Below are positions 41,048-41,126 of a stretch of 41,126 nt of DNA, one piece after another; position 1 is the stretch's first letter; each line of letters starts with the position of its first letter. Both the position numbers and the translations under genes were made by a program. Under the pieces are notes generated by a model, which was not told the origin of the DNA, did no database searches, and worked only from the letters and a program-made list of their open reading frames with translations. Source of the DNA: a virus; the UHGV virus genome UHGV-0087734. The stretch is one strand, 5' to 3'.

Positions 41048-41126
41048 TATAAATTTGTTACCACAATTTGCTCACGTTTTTATCCTCATGACAACTTAAT
41101 CGACGAATGAGCTAAACGCATCATAG

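Noticed and set aside
1..41126. Integrated prophage, lysogeny module, tRNA or rRNA genes
   Set aside because: No integrase, CI/Cro divergent pair, att-like flank, host genes or cloverleaf sequences recognised by eye; a plasmid-like state cannot be excluded.

Overview
The window looks like an essentially complete ~41 kb, AT-rich dsDNA tailed phage genome, probably opened about 0.7 kb upstream of its packaging site. The host is probably a Firmicute: strong GGAGG RBSs, sigma-A-type promoters and PBSX/xkd-like tail genes. Every credible gene is on the + strand, and I see no integrase, CI-like repressor, tRNA or CRISPR array. Layout: HK97-type packaging and head (terS, terL, portal, protease, capsid); contractile tail, baseplate and two fibres; GH25 endolysin; then replication and nucleotide genes interspersed with cassettes of tiny genes behind a repeated promoter. 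The replication and nucleotide genes are an SNF2 helicase, ThyX-like protein, VRR-NUC, HD hydrolase, ERF, SSB-like protein, family-B polymerase, dUTPase, DUF3310, a dCMP-hydroxymethylase-like TS homolog and a split primase/SF3 helicase. Most striking signal: six copies of a rigid 94-95 bp element, each holding two back-to-back pairs of NrdR-box-like palindromes at 31-32 bp pitch. They sit on gene ends and terminators rather than promoters, in a phage with no ribonucleotide reductase. This suggests a DNA decoy that titrates host NrdR to de-repress dNTP synthesis (inference). Other highlights: at least 28 perfect copies of the palindrome TGTTGCAACA in promoter spacers and inside genes, a candidate cytosine-modification operon followed by a catalytically dead stand-alone Hint domain, arrays of single-TM micropeptides, and two small promoter-terminator units with no ORF. 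All product calls are by-eye motif recognition; no searches were run.
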